Shown here piece by piece: positions 32,642-47,026 of a stretch of 64,000 nt of DNA; positions within the stretch are counted from its first letter, which is position 1, and every line of letters starts with the position of its first letter. The DNA lies in NCBI RefSeq assembly GCF_009914755.1, contig NC_060926.1; one strand, 5' to 3'. Source of the DNA: the human T2T-CHM13v2.0 reference genome, Homo sapiens. The translations under genes were made by a program, and so were the position numbers. A model generated the notes under the pieces. That model did not search any database. It was not told the origin of the DNA and was given only the letters and a program-made list of their open reading frames with translations.

Positions 32642-32669
32642 GGTTTGTGTTCAGGGTTTTACCACTGTG
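32642..32669 (-). other. 12-RSS of IGKV2-4
   Basis: CACAGTG (32669-32663), 12 nt, ACACAAACC (32650-32642). Confidence 0.95.
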
Positions 32670-33399
32670 TGAGGACCTTGCAGACCCTGTTCACAGCAAT
32701 AAACCCCAACATCCTCAGCCTCCACTTTGCTGAATTTAAGTGTGAAACCTGTCCCTGACCTGCTGCCACTGAACTTGTTTGGGACTCCATAGAATTTGTT
32801 AGAAATTGTGTAGATAAGAAGCTGTGGAGACTGGCCTGGCTTCTGCAGGTACCAATCCAAATAGGTGTTTCCATCACTATGCAGGAGGCTCTGACTAGAC
32901 CTGCAGGAGATGGAGGCCGGCTCTCCCAGAGGGATGGGCAGGGAGAGCAGATGCTGGGTCATCACAATATCCCCACTGGATCCTAAAATAATAACAGTGA
33001 GAAGTACAAGGTTACATACAAACAATGTGAGACATTTTTATAATTTAGTTTTATTGTATACGTTAGGCTACTTTTTTGTGTTTGATTAGATTCATACACT
33101 ACATTTATCCAATATCCAAAAATAATCCAATAATTAAAGGCACAAAGTGGCCTCTTTGTTTTTGAAGTTCTCGACAGTGAAGTTCTTTTTCCTTGTGGCT
33201 CGTTCTTAGTTCTTACAGGTCTGAATATTAAATTCCCTTTGCTGGAGGACAAGAAATCTGCATCTGACATGTAGACAGAACAACAAATGGGAGGCTGCAG
33301 ATTCCACAGAGCTCACCCTCCAGTCCCATTCTCCTCTCTTCTGTCCTTACCAGGGACCCAGAGCATTAGCAGCCCCAGGAGCTGAGCAGGGAGCCTCAC
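32670..33399 (-). pseudogene. IGKV2-4: Ig kappa V pseudogene IGKV2-4: leader 33351-33399, V exon 32670-32982
   Basis: [54 protein letters not shown]...[11 protein letters not shown]; leader (V)RLPAQLLGLLMLWVP starts with GTG; GT/AG intact; lies between IGKV7-3 and IGKV1-5. Confidence 0.93.
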
Positions 33400-33454
33400 T
33401 GTGAGAAGGTGAACTGAGGAGTCCTGATCAGTCAAGGCAAGGTTAGAGCTGAGC

Positions 33455-33506
33455 TTTTATCTCAGACTCACAAGGGAAGGTCTTCCCTAGGGGACAACAT
33501 GCAAAT
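33455..33506 (-). promoter_or_regulatory. IGKV2-4 promoter: octamer 33499-33506, TATA-like ATAAAA 33455-33460
   Basis: atgcaaat on + strand ~100 bp upstream of the leader. Confidence 0.82.
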
Positions 33507-33989
33507 CCCCTGGTGAGTGAAGCAGTGAAGAAATATCCAGTTGGGGTCGAAGAGTGGGCTTCTTATGTAAGCAAAGTGACACAGAATATCTTTTGTGTTG
33601 ATGAAACCAAAATAAAATATTGGTGTTGCCTGGCTTAGAAGGGTGACATTCTGAAATACCATGAATCAATGTGGAAGACACTGTGACTGCAGCCTGTCAC
33701 TCTTCATTGCTGATGCAATGGAGATTGTGATGATGAAGATGTGTATCAATCTTTAGGTGGTGAATAGGCTTTCTTCTTGGCTCCACCCAGCTAATTCTGA
33801 GGAGGAACTAGCTCTCACTAACTCTGGTGCTCATTGATAGAATGTCTCTAAGTATCAGGATGAACTTGAAACAGTTCCAGGGTTATTTGGCTGTGGTTGC
33901 AAGGCTGATTTCCCTCAGCTTGTATTTCACTGTAGCTGGTATTTCTGGGCACTTGGCTCTACAGCTGCCATTAAATGGCACTAAATGAT

Positions 33990-34285
33990 GCCCCAGTGAA
34001 TAAGCTAGCTGTAATGTGTGCTTCGTAAACAAGGAGAAAATTAGAGTTCACGGGAAGAGGAATGCATATTCCATTCCATTGTATCTAATGCATGTCGTTG
34101 TCTTTGAAGGGAGGAAGGCCTTGGTAGGCCTCTTTGGATTCTAGAGGCAAGAAATTCTGTACCTTGGAATACTGTACTGGCTCACTGACCGACTGATACA
34201 CGAGTCAGCCAGCCTTGAGTGGGACCCGGGGCAAAAAAAGGGCTCTGCAGCAGGTTCAGCCTGTAGCACAAGCAGTCCTGCCTCT
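33990..34285 (+). mobile_element. ERVL-type internal (pol) fragment
   Basis: gagtgggacccggggcaaaaaaagggctctgcagcaggttcag resembles ERVL EWGPEQEKALQQVQAAVQAAL. Confidence 0.55.
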
Positions 34286-34416
34286 CAGGCCAGTGCAGAT
34301 GCAGATGAATTGGACAGCACAATCAACCATCTGGACATAATTGACACTTCGAGAACACTCCACCAGCACAGCAGATTGCATAATCTTTTCAAAAAATTTA
34401 CTAAAATAGACCATAT

Positions 34417-34730
34417 TGTTACCAGAAAAGGGGATTTTGATTCAAACTCCAAGAGAGGATTCTTGGATTTCATGCAGGAAGAAATTCAAGGAAAGTTGGA
34501 AAGTGCAGTGATAAGAGAGAATTTATTGAAAATTACTCCATTACAGAGTAAGGCATCCTCAGAAAGCAAGCAGAGGAACATACCGTCTTTAAGTTTTTCT
34601 TATATAGGAGTGTCGTCTATGTAAAGACTAAACTAAGCTGTGCCTACATGCGGATGAGCAGACATTACGACAAAATTTATTATTCTGTTGATTTAAGGGA
34701 AACTATTCTTGACATTCTAGTGTGTTATCT
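34417..34730 (-). mobile_element. ERV1 MER4-group LTR fragment
   Basis: tgttaccagaaaagggg...ccaagagaggattcttggat...tttatt is a typical antisense MER4-group LTR end. Confidence 0.6.
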
Positions 34731-35602
34731 TGGAAATAAGGACTGTGTCTTGCAAAGAAACATATTCATTGGGGCAATGTGTTATCAAAAAAAAGATTTT
34801 ATCTACTTATGATCCAATAATTTAGACTGACTTCAACAGATTTTTTTAATGACAAAAAGCAGAAGATGGTATAAGAGGAAAATACAATACAACAGAAAAC
34901 ACAAGCTATTATAACTCTTGCTTCATGGATTTTTACATATCTATTAGACATATGCTGGGTATATGTGTGCAATGATAATCTAAAAACTGGATGCTAACTA
35001 GCTTAAGGAATGCCTGCATTACACTGAGTCTTGCCCACTTTTCCAATTATAAACAGAAAGCTACAGTACTATTTGTATGAGTATCAAAACTTTTAGCTGC
35101 CTGAGATAGAGGTAAAGAAGATTTACTGAGATAAAAGCCTTGGAAGTAGTAGAGATTTGTCCTATGATGTTATGGCTGTTGCTGTGGTTGCCGTTGTTAG
35201 GAAATACAGTGGGAGTGAAAGCAAGATTGACAAGCTCTGCTCTTCCTCATACTCACAACCCCCTCTAGAGATGGACAGATGGTGGTACAGGAATCTCTGA
35301 CACCTCTTAGAAGTCTTTTGCTCTTTCCAGAATGTTTCCTGACAAGTATTGTTTTGAGTCACAGATTAGGTGAAACTGGGTGTAGAAGAAAGGACTAGAG
35401 CAAGGGAAGAAGTTTTCCATCCCAGATAGTTGTTGTAGGAACAGGGAAATGGAATTTTTCATAGATTTATGCCACATTTCTATCATGTTGGGGAGAGAGG
35501 CATCAAACCAGGCTCATTCCTGAAAGAATCATTACATTATTTTAGAGAGAAAGAACTACAAATTTCTTGTCAAATAGATGTTTAAAATTCAAAGCTACTG
35601 AT

Positions 35603-35903
35603 TTTTTTTTTTTTTTTTTTGAGATAGAGTCTCGCTCTGTCATCTGGGATGGAGTGCAGTGGCACGATCTTGGCTCACCACAACCTCTGTCTCTCTGATT
35701 GAAGCAATTCTCCTGCCTCAGCCTCCCAAGTAGCTGGGATTACAGGTGCAGGCCAACATACCTGGCTAATTTTCGTATTTTTAGTAGAGACGGGGTTTTG
35801 CCATATTGGCCAGGCTGGTCTGAAACTCCTGACCTCAGGTGATCTGTCTGCCTCAGCCTCCCAAAGTGTTGGGATTACAGGCTTGAGCCACTGCACCAGG
35901 CCC
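35603..35903 (-). mobile_element. AluS
   Basis: Poly-T followed by full antisense Alu dimer. Confidence 0.95.
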
Positions 35904-37291
35904 TGCTGATGTATTAATATTATTCATCTTCTTGAATACACCAAATGGTAAAGTGCAAATCCACACTTTAAACTTGAGATTTCTACTCCTATGTAAATTA
36001 TACTAGTGAGGAACAAAAAAATTCTCTATTGGTTGGGAGATGATGTTTGACAGTGGTCAGTTTGTGAAGTGGAGGCTTACGTCACAGTACTTTTTACAGT
36101 ATTGCATATAAACATGAATGTCCTCATACCCAGAAGAATCAGCATTTCTCATGAGCCATATTACCACCAAGAAAGAAGTGAATTGAAGCCTGTGACTACT
36201 TGATGAAGGGTGTATAGAAGAGGGAAAGAAAAAGGACACAAAACACAATATTGTAAGTGGAAAGGAGAAAGTCATTACACAGCCTATAAGAGTAAAAAAA
36301 TAAAGAGAGGATATTATGAGTAATTTTATGTCAACTGACTTGACAAAAGTGGTGCAGGGCAGGTTCTTGGCTTCACTAGGAAGGAATGCAGCGTAAGCTG
36401 GTGGTAGAAGAAAACAGCTTTACTGAGGTGGCAGTGTTACACCTCTGTGACTGCTCTTGTGGAGCAGAGCTACCCCATAGGCAGTGTGCCAAGAGCAGTA
36501 GCATAGGGCAGTTTTGCAGTCATATTTATCACTGCTTTTAATGACGTGCTAATTAAGGAGTGGGTTATTCAGAAATAACTAGAAAATGGGCAGTAACTTT
36601 CAGGTTTTGCCATGGCAATGGTAAACTGATACGGCACTGGTGGGCATGTGTTATGGACAGGTGCTTCCAGTGTCTCTTCCTTGTGTCACCCACTCTTCAA
36701 TCTGGTCCAGAGTTGAGTCCCACCTACCTCCTACCTCATTGCCCCTTGGAGATTAGATACTCCTCCTTAATCTTAAGGGGACTGCAGAAGAGCAGAGTCC
36801 CTTTTCTGTGAGTGCTTCCTTCTGACTTTATGGGGGCAGGCCTTCCCTAGCATTTGAAGAGTAAAAATCTTTGGTATCTGAACTAAGGGGCCCAGTGGCA
36901 GGATGCTTTCATTTGTGGGGTCAGAAGACAGAATGGATTGAAAGACTTATGACGGACCGTATCATTTTTACATGAAATTTAGAAGATATAAACTTTACTA
37001 GGAGGTTAAACAAGAAAATTATAATTGGAAGAGAGAGAAAAATTAATGCTCCTATGTCCACCCACAGAACCAAGTTGTTAATCTATGTGTTTGCAAAACA
37101 ACAGCCTTAAGTTTTCTAGGTTTTATAAATGGAGGTTGTGGTGTCCACCTTTTGTGCCTGCAGGATCTCATAAGAAACAGGTTTAATCCTGGACAGCTAG
37201 TGGCTTCCTGAAGCCTAACAGTAGTTGGAATAATTAAGAATATCTGGTAAGGGCCCCTTTATTCTGATTATTATTGATTCTTGGGGGATCA

Positions 37292-37599
37292 TTTTGTTGT
37301 TGTTGTTTTTTAAGACAGAGTCTCGCTCTGTTGCCCAGGCTGGAGTGCAGTGACACAATCTCGGCTGGGCTCACTGCAACCTCTGCCTCCTGGTTTCAAG
37401 CTATTTTCATGCCTCAGCCTTCTGAGTGGCTGGGATTACAGGCATGTACCCCCATGCCTAGGTAATTTTTTGTAATTTTAGTAGAGATATGGTTTTGCTA
37501 TGTTGGCAAGGCTGGTTTTGAACTCCTGGCCTCAAGTGATCCACCCACCTCAGTCTCCCAAAGTGCTGAGATTATAGGCGTGAGCCACTGCACCCAGCC
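37292..37599 (-). mobile_element. Alu (S/J)
   Basis: Antisense Alu dimer with (TTG)n tail. Confidence 0.93.
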
Positions 37600-37911
37600 A
37601 GTTCCTTCTTTTTAAGTTTTTCATAAGACTAAGTCTTTTGGTTAAACAGAGGAGCTATTATTTTGTTTTGTGGAAAAGGGCACTATTTTATTTTCATAAT
37701 TTTAAAAGCCCTTTTGAATCTGGCCTACATTTCAAACAGGGGTGGAGCAAGGTGTGTCTGACTCCCTGTTTCCCACCATGGCTTGAGTTAGATTTTTTTT
37801 AGGTTTCTTTGGTAGTTCCTTTGGCCACAGAGCTTGGAATGAAAACATTTATAGCCAATTAAATATTTTAGGCCAGACAGCATGGAGGTGGGCAGGCACT
37901 CATTAGCCCTT

Positions 37912-38275
<364 letters not shown>

Positions 38276-38505
38276 CTAAGACAAAACACTTTAGCATCAA
38301 GTCCGCAACAACAGTCAGAACCGGAGGTGAAAAAGCCACAGGAGCTGATGAAGAAGCAAAAGGAGACAGCAATGATCTCAGGCCTTTTTAAAGGGAGAAT
38401 AAGCTGAAAGCAGCAAAACACCACAGTTGAATCTCTAAGACACTAATCTCAGAAGTTTTAAAAGAAACTCATTATTGCATCAAAGGCAAAATTTTCTGTT
38501 TTACT

Positions 38506-38804
38506 TTTTGTTTGTTTGTTTTTCGAGATAGTCTCACTCTGTCACTCAGGCTGCAGTGCAATAGCACAATCTTGGCTCACCACAAGTTCTGCCTCCCGGG
38601 TTCCAGCCATTCTCCTGCCTCAGCCTCCCAAGTTGCTAGGATTACAGGTACGTACCACTGTGCCTAGCTAATTTTTGTATTTTTAGTAGAGATGGGGTTT
38701 TACCATGTTGGCCAGGCTGGTCTTGTACTCCTGACCTCAAATGGTCCACCCGCCTCAGCCTCCCAAAGTGCCGGGATTACAGGCATGAGCCACTGCACCT
38801 GGCC
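38506..38804 (-). mobile_element. AluS
   Basis: Antisense Alu dimer. Confidence 0.93.
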
Positions 38805-38974
38805 TGTATAATTTTCAATAATGTAGCAAATTAATAACTTAAGAAAACCCAGTTTCAATATGCAGACGATTTTCTAGAAAGTGACTGGGCCATCATTGTT
38901 CTCATCTCAGATTTCCACTTCCTGTATAGAAGGTGTAAGAAGAGGTAGCAAGACATTATGAAACTAAATTGTAA

Positions 38975-39322
<348 letters not shown>

Positions 39323-40878
39323 TTAAAGCAGTATTTTTATTAAATAAAGTGTAGAAGAAAAAGTGTAAATAAAGTGACAAAAAGAAAACACAAGGCCGTT
39401 ATGGAAAATGATAACTTTAGGGAAGAAAACAAGAAAAGGCAAACCAAGATTCCCATAGGGTGAGTCTCCAATCCACAATCCTCAGACAAATGTCAATGCT
39501 GGAAACCCTGGAGCATCCAGGGAGTGACCGAAAATACCAAATGCTGAAAACCCAGAGTACCCGCGTATCAGCCTATGAGTGTCCCACACCAAATGCCAGG
39601 AAACCCTGGAGTATCCAGGGGCTGACCAGTGCAGAAAATCCTGGAGCCTCAGTGGGGTGGCCAACAGTGAGCCCCAAAGGCCTGGTTGGGGCCACAGAAC
39701 AATGTGACTCTGGCTTCTTAGAGTCAACAGAACAGGAGAATTCTTACATCCAAGTGTCCTGCCTTAAACAATTGCACAAACATAATTAGTAGGGACCCAA
39801 AGAAAAAACTGCAAAGCAAACACATATATCAGGGTAGAAAATAAGATAAATTGGCTAATGGATAGATAAAATGGCATTAGAGGAGAAATGACTAAGAGAA
39901 GGAGCAATGAGGATGTAGTCAGGTGTGCTATGGGGGACTTCAAATGGACTATTTAGCCAAAGGCCTTATTTCCTGGATCATCTGACATAGGGCAGGTGGG
40001 TAGATGGGACACTTACAGGTGTGCAGGAGCCAAAATGGTGCCAAGCAGTGTCTAACGTGGGGCCTGTGTGAAGATCTCTCCAGGCCCCCCAGCTTGGGTG
40101 GGTTGAGCTCCCGTGGGTGAACTGGTGCATGCAGCAGCTGGCCTGCATGAAGCAGTGGCTCTGTGGCCACTTACCTAACTGCTCAGCTCCACCGCCTGTC
40201 AGGAAAGATGATGGCTCTTAAAACAGCCTTTGGCTAGTGTTAACAGCTCTGCAATGTTAGCAACTCTGTAGCTTTGCTCGCTGTAGTGCTGATCCCCATC
40301 ACACCCTCTCTCACTGATCACTGTCTTGCCACTTCTCCAATAGCTGTCTTGCCCATTGCTGATCGCTATGTCCATCTTCTCACAAAATGCCATCTCTTGC
40401 TGTCTCTTGCTGTCTTGCTTCTCCGCTGTTTCCACTGACTCACTGGCACATCAAACGCTGCCTCTCACCATGTCACATTTATCCTCCCTCCTCATTAAAC
40501 ATCCATCTTCATGTCCAGCCCTTGCATCACCAGGCTGATGTCTCTGTACTGGGCCAGGTACTGGAGAGTATTGTTCCTCCATCTTCACCATTAAGCCATG
40601 GTTCTCTCAAATCAAACCTTCTCACTGCACCAATTTTGCCAAGAAGGTTTGCTGTGCACTGGTTGCCAACTTACCCAAATCCGGTGACACACAGCACCCA
40701 TGCACAACCAGTTACATGAAGTGGATTACTACTTACAGAGAGTCAGCCAGAGAGAGCACAAAGCTGCGGGGACCTGATTGACACTAGACTGTGTGTACCC
40801 CACAAGGACTGCAGCTGAGGGACCCTGGAATACAGCCCACCCTGGGTTTTATGTCTTAGAATCACATGACACACTGGG

Positions 40879-43800
40879 CTAGAGTGTTGAAGGAATTCCT
40901 GTTTCTAGTAGGGACAGAAACGGAACCCAGGCTGTTCTGGCCAATCATGCCCTATCTCAGAATGTTACATTTCCAGAACATTCTACAGTTATTCCAGAAA
41001 ACTACAATCAAGAAAGGGAAGGGGACTGGGTTGATTCAAGACAAAATGAAAACTATTCTGCAAATACCATAGTGAAATCACAGCTCAGTAATCTTTTTGT
41101 GACTGGCTTATTTCATTTAGCGTAATGTCCTCTAGTTTCATCCATGTTATAGCATGTGTGAGAATTTCCCTTTTTAAAGCTAAATAATATGCTATTGTAT
41201 GTATATATCACATTTGGATTACCAGTTCACTCCTTTGTGAACATTTGAGTTGCTCTACCTGTTGGCTACTATGAATAATTCGGTTCTGAATGTGGGTATA
41301 CAAATATCTCCTCAAGTTAATGTCTTCAATTACTTGGGTATATGTCCAAAAGTGGAATTGCTGGATTATATAGTATTTCCATTATTAATTCTTCGAGGAA
41401 TTGCCATCTGGTTTCCCACAGCAGGTGGGCCATTTACATCACCACGACAGTGTCCACAGGAGTTCCAGTTCCCTAAGTTCTCACCATGACTGGTCATTTT
41501 CTGTTGGAAAAAAAAATCCTAATAGGTGTGAGGTGGGTTTTGTTTTTATTTTTCTAAGGATTAATAATATTAAGCATCTTTTCCTATGCTAGTTATCTAA
41601 TTATCTCTAAAGAATATTCTCCAGAGAAATGTCGATTCATATACTTTTCTCGTTTTTAATCAGGTATTTTATTTTAATGTTGACATGTAGGACTTATTTT
41701 TATGTACTAGATATTATTAACCCCTTATCAGATATACGATTTACAAATATTTTCTTCTATTCCACATGTTGCATTTTCACTGTGTTGGTTATGTCTTTTG
41801 ATGCCCATTTTACATTTTTATGTAGTCCAATTTATCTTCTTTTCTACTTTTGCCTGTATTATGGTATTAAAGGTGTTAGTATTCAAATGTCTATAAATAC
41901 TGACTTACTATGCTGAGAAGGTCACTCTAGACCATCTCTCTGATGGTGGAGCTAAGAATTTTACACTCTCTCATTTTGTACCAGGGCACAGTGCAGCTAG
42001 GTGAGAACACAGTGGCTTTCTCGAGCTTATTTGTCTTGCATTTTTGGCGACAAGGATTGTTGTTCACATTGGCCTCCTCTGGCAGGTCCACCTGGAAAGC
42101 ATTATATTTAGCAAGAAAAAAGGAGGCTGTGAATGATGTCAACTGTGTATATTCCCTGTTGCAAGTGTCAAATCCATGAAGCATAAAAGGATTTACTAGA
42201 GGATATTAAATTCCTTGCAAAGTGTTGAAAAACCTGAAGGAATAGGCTCCAGGCAAAGCCTCTAGAACAATTCCAAGAATGGCACTGCTGGCGCAGGCTG
42301 GGGAGGAGCTCCTGCTGCCTGAGACTCCACATTCAAGCTGTCTCCTGCAGGAAAGAGAGCAGCTCTTCTCACTACTGCCCCCTGAAGGACAGCAGCTCTG
42401 CTATCAACTACTAGAGACCTGACCCCTTTCCCTGCAGCCCTGCCTGTGTTGATTATATCTTCATGTCAGACTCATGTAGATTCATCTGTTTTCAAGGGTA
42501 CAGGGGTTATTTCTGCCCAAGTCCACACTGTGGCTTTCTATCATAAATACACGTTTCTACACTTGAATTTCCAGGAATTACTAGTATCAACAGCAAAATG
42601 CTACAACCCAACATAAAGATTTCCTTTACAAAGAACATCATGCTCCCCATGTAGCATTGTGCTCCCCAAAATGTGGGGAAACTCCAATCTGTTCATCCCA
42701 ACACCATCTAGGAAAAAATGTTCTTCTCTCATGAGCCATTAATCTGTCTACTTATTGTTTAATTTTTGGCCTAAATTGTAAAGGTGGCTAAAAATAGCAC
42801 TTTGAATTTTTTTAAAGAAAGGGTATATAGAAAATATTAAATTATTTAAAATACATATATGCATGACACATTTAGTTATTGTCACCAGCTTCTTTCACAT
42901 TTATTTTATTCTGTAGTTTCTGGCAATACTTTCTCTATGGTAGAGTCTGGAAATGCTACTCCTCATGTCCTTGGCTTCCTAAGTCCCAGATGTGGTGAAG
43001 AATGCACATCAGCTGTGTTACTACAGAATGCTTTTGGATTGAGATGGGGGAGGGGACGTGCTTGATCTCACTCAAATGTGCTCAATTTCCTGGTCTGGGT
43101 CACAGCCAGGCAGCCCAGTCCTATGGGCACAATATCTTCACTCGCCAGGTTTCTATCAAAATGAGAGTGTCCTTCTTGACTGTGGAAAACACGGGGCAGG
43201 GAGAGGATCAAGAAATAGCAAAAGGAGTATTTGGACTTGCCTGAGCTGCCACTCTGGTTTCCCCAAATGTTTTCATTCCATTTCATTCATGATAATAAAC
43301 ACCTTTCTGCCTAACCAGCCATAATCACTTTTCTTAGATCCAGCTGATTCAGTGATAAAACTAAAGGGAAAAAATAAATACAGTTTTCAACGTTTAAGCT
43401 GACCAGGTGGCTGTCTCTGGTGTTTATACCTCCATATCCCACTATGCATTTCATCTTCCCTTTGCCTCACTGGAGATCCAAGTGCAGGGAATGCTTCACG
43501 TGACTGTGATCCCTAGAACTTCATCTTCATGACTGTTGAAATCTTCTCTGAGTTTTACCAGTGGAAATGGCAATAAATAGAAAGATTCCAGAAGGTCCCC
43601 TAGGGTCCATATTTTCTGTACTTCTTCTCTAAAATAAGTAAAATCAATTCCATTTGCTCTTGCTTTATATTGGCTACATCTATGTGCCCAGGACACACCC
43701 TAAAGCCCTGTGTTGACAACTTATCCAGTATTGTATTAAGTCTAAATGGTCACATGCTTATCATATCATTTCTTCCAATTTCATGGAATAATTGTCATGT

Positions 43801-44392
43801 CAACTCTTTGGATTAAGAACCATCAACCAGATAACCACAGCCCTGAATAAATAGAAACAGAATATTTCAAGCTGTTCAGTTGGCATAACAGTGATGAGTC
43901 TATAGCTCATTTTCAAGATATAAATATTCTATTTATGGGAGTAAAAGCACGAATCATGGTTAGTGTTTCAGAGCCTCCACCACATCTGACAGCATAGCAA
44001 TTCAACAGCACAAGGTTTGTGTGCCAGCTGTGCCTGACTAATAATGTTTTTTTCCCCTGTCTATAGGGAAATCTGCACCTGTGCACATGACAAGAGCATG
44101 AGCTACACTTTTTTCACTTTTTCTGAGGTAAATACATTGCTTGATCCAAAACCGTATTATGGAATAATTTCCTGACTCTGATGAAAGCATTTGGAAAATC
44201 CTCAAATAATATTTGTGCAGAAATACAACCAAAAAGAAAGGCAAATTCATATATAGGAAAATAACCAGTGCTCTCCTCATGTTACATGAGGTCCACTAGT
44301 ATCACCTGACCCCAGCTGTTCATCTGATCCCTGATGTGTTGTACAATGTTAGGGGTTCAGGAGGGGTCATTCTTCTTGGCAAATGAGGTGTT
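40879..44392 (+). repeat. Locus-internal duplication, copy 1 (LTR end, L1 3' piece, ERVL/MaLR-internal-like sequence)
   Basis: Collinear with 61016-64000; paired ORFs are near-identical (41927-42184 vs 62060-62359; 43496-43696 vs 63106-63306). Confidence 0.95.
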
Positions 44393-44733
44393 CAGAAGAG
44401 CCAGTAGCCCTTTAAGTCTCAGTTAGTTGAAATTCATAATTGAGTCCCCAAAGGGACCTCCATAACATTGGTTCATGAGACTCCCTGGTAAAGCCGGGAA
44501 AGGTGACTGACTGAAGTCCATGTGTTGAATCATCCTCATTATTAAAAGCCCCTGCTCATTAATAGCATTTTGATTAATATTCACTGGGAAAGCATTTTTT
44601 TTTTATTTTGGCTCATCTTTGAAAAGTCTAGTCATAGCTTTTCAATCACTTTGTCTGCAATCGTTTTGTTGCATTTCTTTGAAGGCCTGATGATCTGTCA
44701 AAACCAACAGCCAATATTATTACATTGCCGTTA

Positions 44734-45321
44734 TGTTGGGAAAAGCTGAATGTTGGGAGAAGCTGAGGCAGGGCTTGCATGTCTGACGTAATGTAAAAGA
44801 GTCTTGGAACACGTCCGGGGTCCAGGGTCTAAAACCCCTTGTGGCCTTTAGTACACCAAGCTCTGTGCTAAAGGGTGGAAGGCTACCCTGACGCACCATA
44901 ATCTAAGCCCAGGGCATAAAATCCCTTGTGACTTGGATAGAATCCAGGACTCGTGGCTCTGGAGTGTGTCTACACTTGCTGGCTCCTTTCTCTTTGCTCT
45001 CCAAGGATCGATTGTATCTTGAGTTAAAAGAACCTGCTCTCCATTATCTCAAGTAGTAGAGCAAATGCTAAACCATCACAGGTGTAAATCATGTGCTTAA
45101 TGCAATGCATCCTTTTGGCCTCCACATTCTTACCACGTGTTTCTTTGTTGGATTACCAATAAATAGCATGGGATCCCAGGGCTCAGGGCCTTCTTAGCCT
45201 CCATACACTACGATGGTCCCTGGTGCCCACATTTCTCTCTCAAACTGTCTTTTTCTCAATCTTTGACTCCACCAGACTTTGTCACCCCCACGACCTGGTG
45301 TTGGGTCTGATCACCCCAAAA
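44734..45321 (+). mobile_element. HERV-K solo LTR (LTR14B-like), 6-bp TSD
   Basis: tgttgggaaaagctg...aataaa...tgttgggtctgatcaccccaa; TSD ccgtta (44728-44733) / ctgtta (45322-45327). Confidence 0.8.
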
Positions 45322-45584
45322 CTGTTATCGTTGCAATGTGATCATCAGATATAACCCTTGCAGTTTACTCATTGTTATGATTTTTACATTTGCAGGGCTT
45401 CCTTGACAATGGCACTAATGTGACGCCATCCAGCATCCATTATTGTGAGAACTCTATTTGGAATATCACCATTGTGGGCATGAACAGAATGGAGACTTTC
45501 ATAGGATGCAATGTTTAATATTCAACATTAGTCAAAATTTGTTCTAGTCCTACCCTTGGAGCTCCATTGAGTTGGAAAAATATA

Positions 45585-45712
45585 AATAAATTTATTTTAA
45601 ATATAATATAAATGTAAATATAAACAAATTTAAATATAATATAAATATAATATAAATATACATAAATTTAAACATAATATAAATATAAATATAAATAAAT
45701 AAATAAACAAAA
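45585..45712. repeat. AT-rich low-complexity tract
   Basis: aatataaat-type repeats seen directly. Confidence 0.8.
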
Positions 45713-47026
45713 AAATTTTCTGTAGCAAGAGTAAGAACTACATGTGGTCCAGAATACCATTATTTTATGGAAGGTTACAAAAAATTTTAAATGTATTTAA
45801 TTCAGATAAGAATTTTATAAATATGCATATATTGCATATATGATAGAATAAATGTACTTAAATATGAATACTATATATATTTGTAGCCAACATTTTATCA
45901 AAAACATATATATTCACTTCTATGTATCTTATATACATGTATGCATACTTTTCCGTAAGATAAATTTTAATTTTTTATTGAAATACTAATTAGTTTTAAT
46001 TTTGTCTTTAATTTTCTTTTAATAACTTCATAATTTGATTACTGGATATTCACATTTAAATCACCAATTTAAGAAAAAATACATGTGTGTACATATAGGT
46101 AGAGGTGTAAATACTGTATCAGGAAGCTTTTATGCATTACTGATTGGTAACTGGTTAAATACACAACTCAGTGACTGATAACAGTAAACATTTGTTTTCA
46201 TGTTCACGGATGCTCATGTTCACAATCCTCTGACTGATCAAGGAAGGGCTCAGCTGAGTGGATCCTCTGAAGGACACAGACCTCATCTTCAGCCTATAGA
46301 TATCAATTGTCTGAGGACTAAGCTGAACACCAGTGACTACACATGATACAAGATTCTTGTGGCAGGTCACAGGAGTGAACATCCCAAACCAAACTGGACA
46401 GTTGAATTTAAGTCCAATAATTTCTAACATAGCTTCAGATATTTAAAATATATTCCTTTATTTCAGTGAGTACAAATTTTCAAGAAAATGTTTACTCCAT
46501 TTAATTATAGAGGTGTTTGATCATTCCATGGACAAATAATTATGTTTTCATCCTTTACAATCTTGAAAATATTTGCAAATGTAAATTTGCATTAATAAGA
46601 AAATAAAGCTGGATGTGTTTTCAACATGTGGCTTTAAATATAATTTTTTAAAATGGCCTCATTGGGGGAAAATCATTTTAACTTATATGAATATCCTTTT
46701 TTGCCTCTCTTGTGTTCTATAGAGTGGCCCAATAAGAGGTCCTCCCATGAGATTTGGAATCAGGAAAGGATGGCTCAATATTCTCCATTGGTACCTAGGA
46801 CAGACACAGGGACAGAGATGAGGACTGGAGAAACACCTGGAAAGATGCTGTAGGAAGCTGAGAGCATCAGCACCCCCACCCCTAAGCTTCCAGACAGGAC
46901 TGAGGACCACATGGTTAGATAGCCCATACTTCAGGGGAAGATGCATTCAGTTTTCTGAGGGAGCAACAGAGATTCCTGCTTCTAATATCAACTTTCCTGA
47001 CTACTATATCCTTGGCTTTGAAAGGT

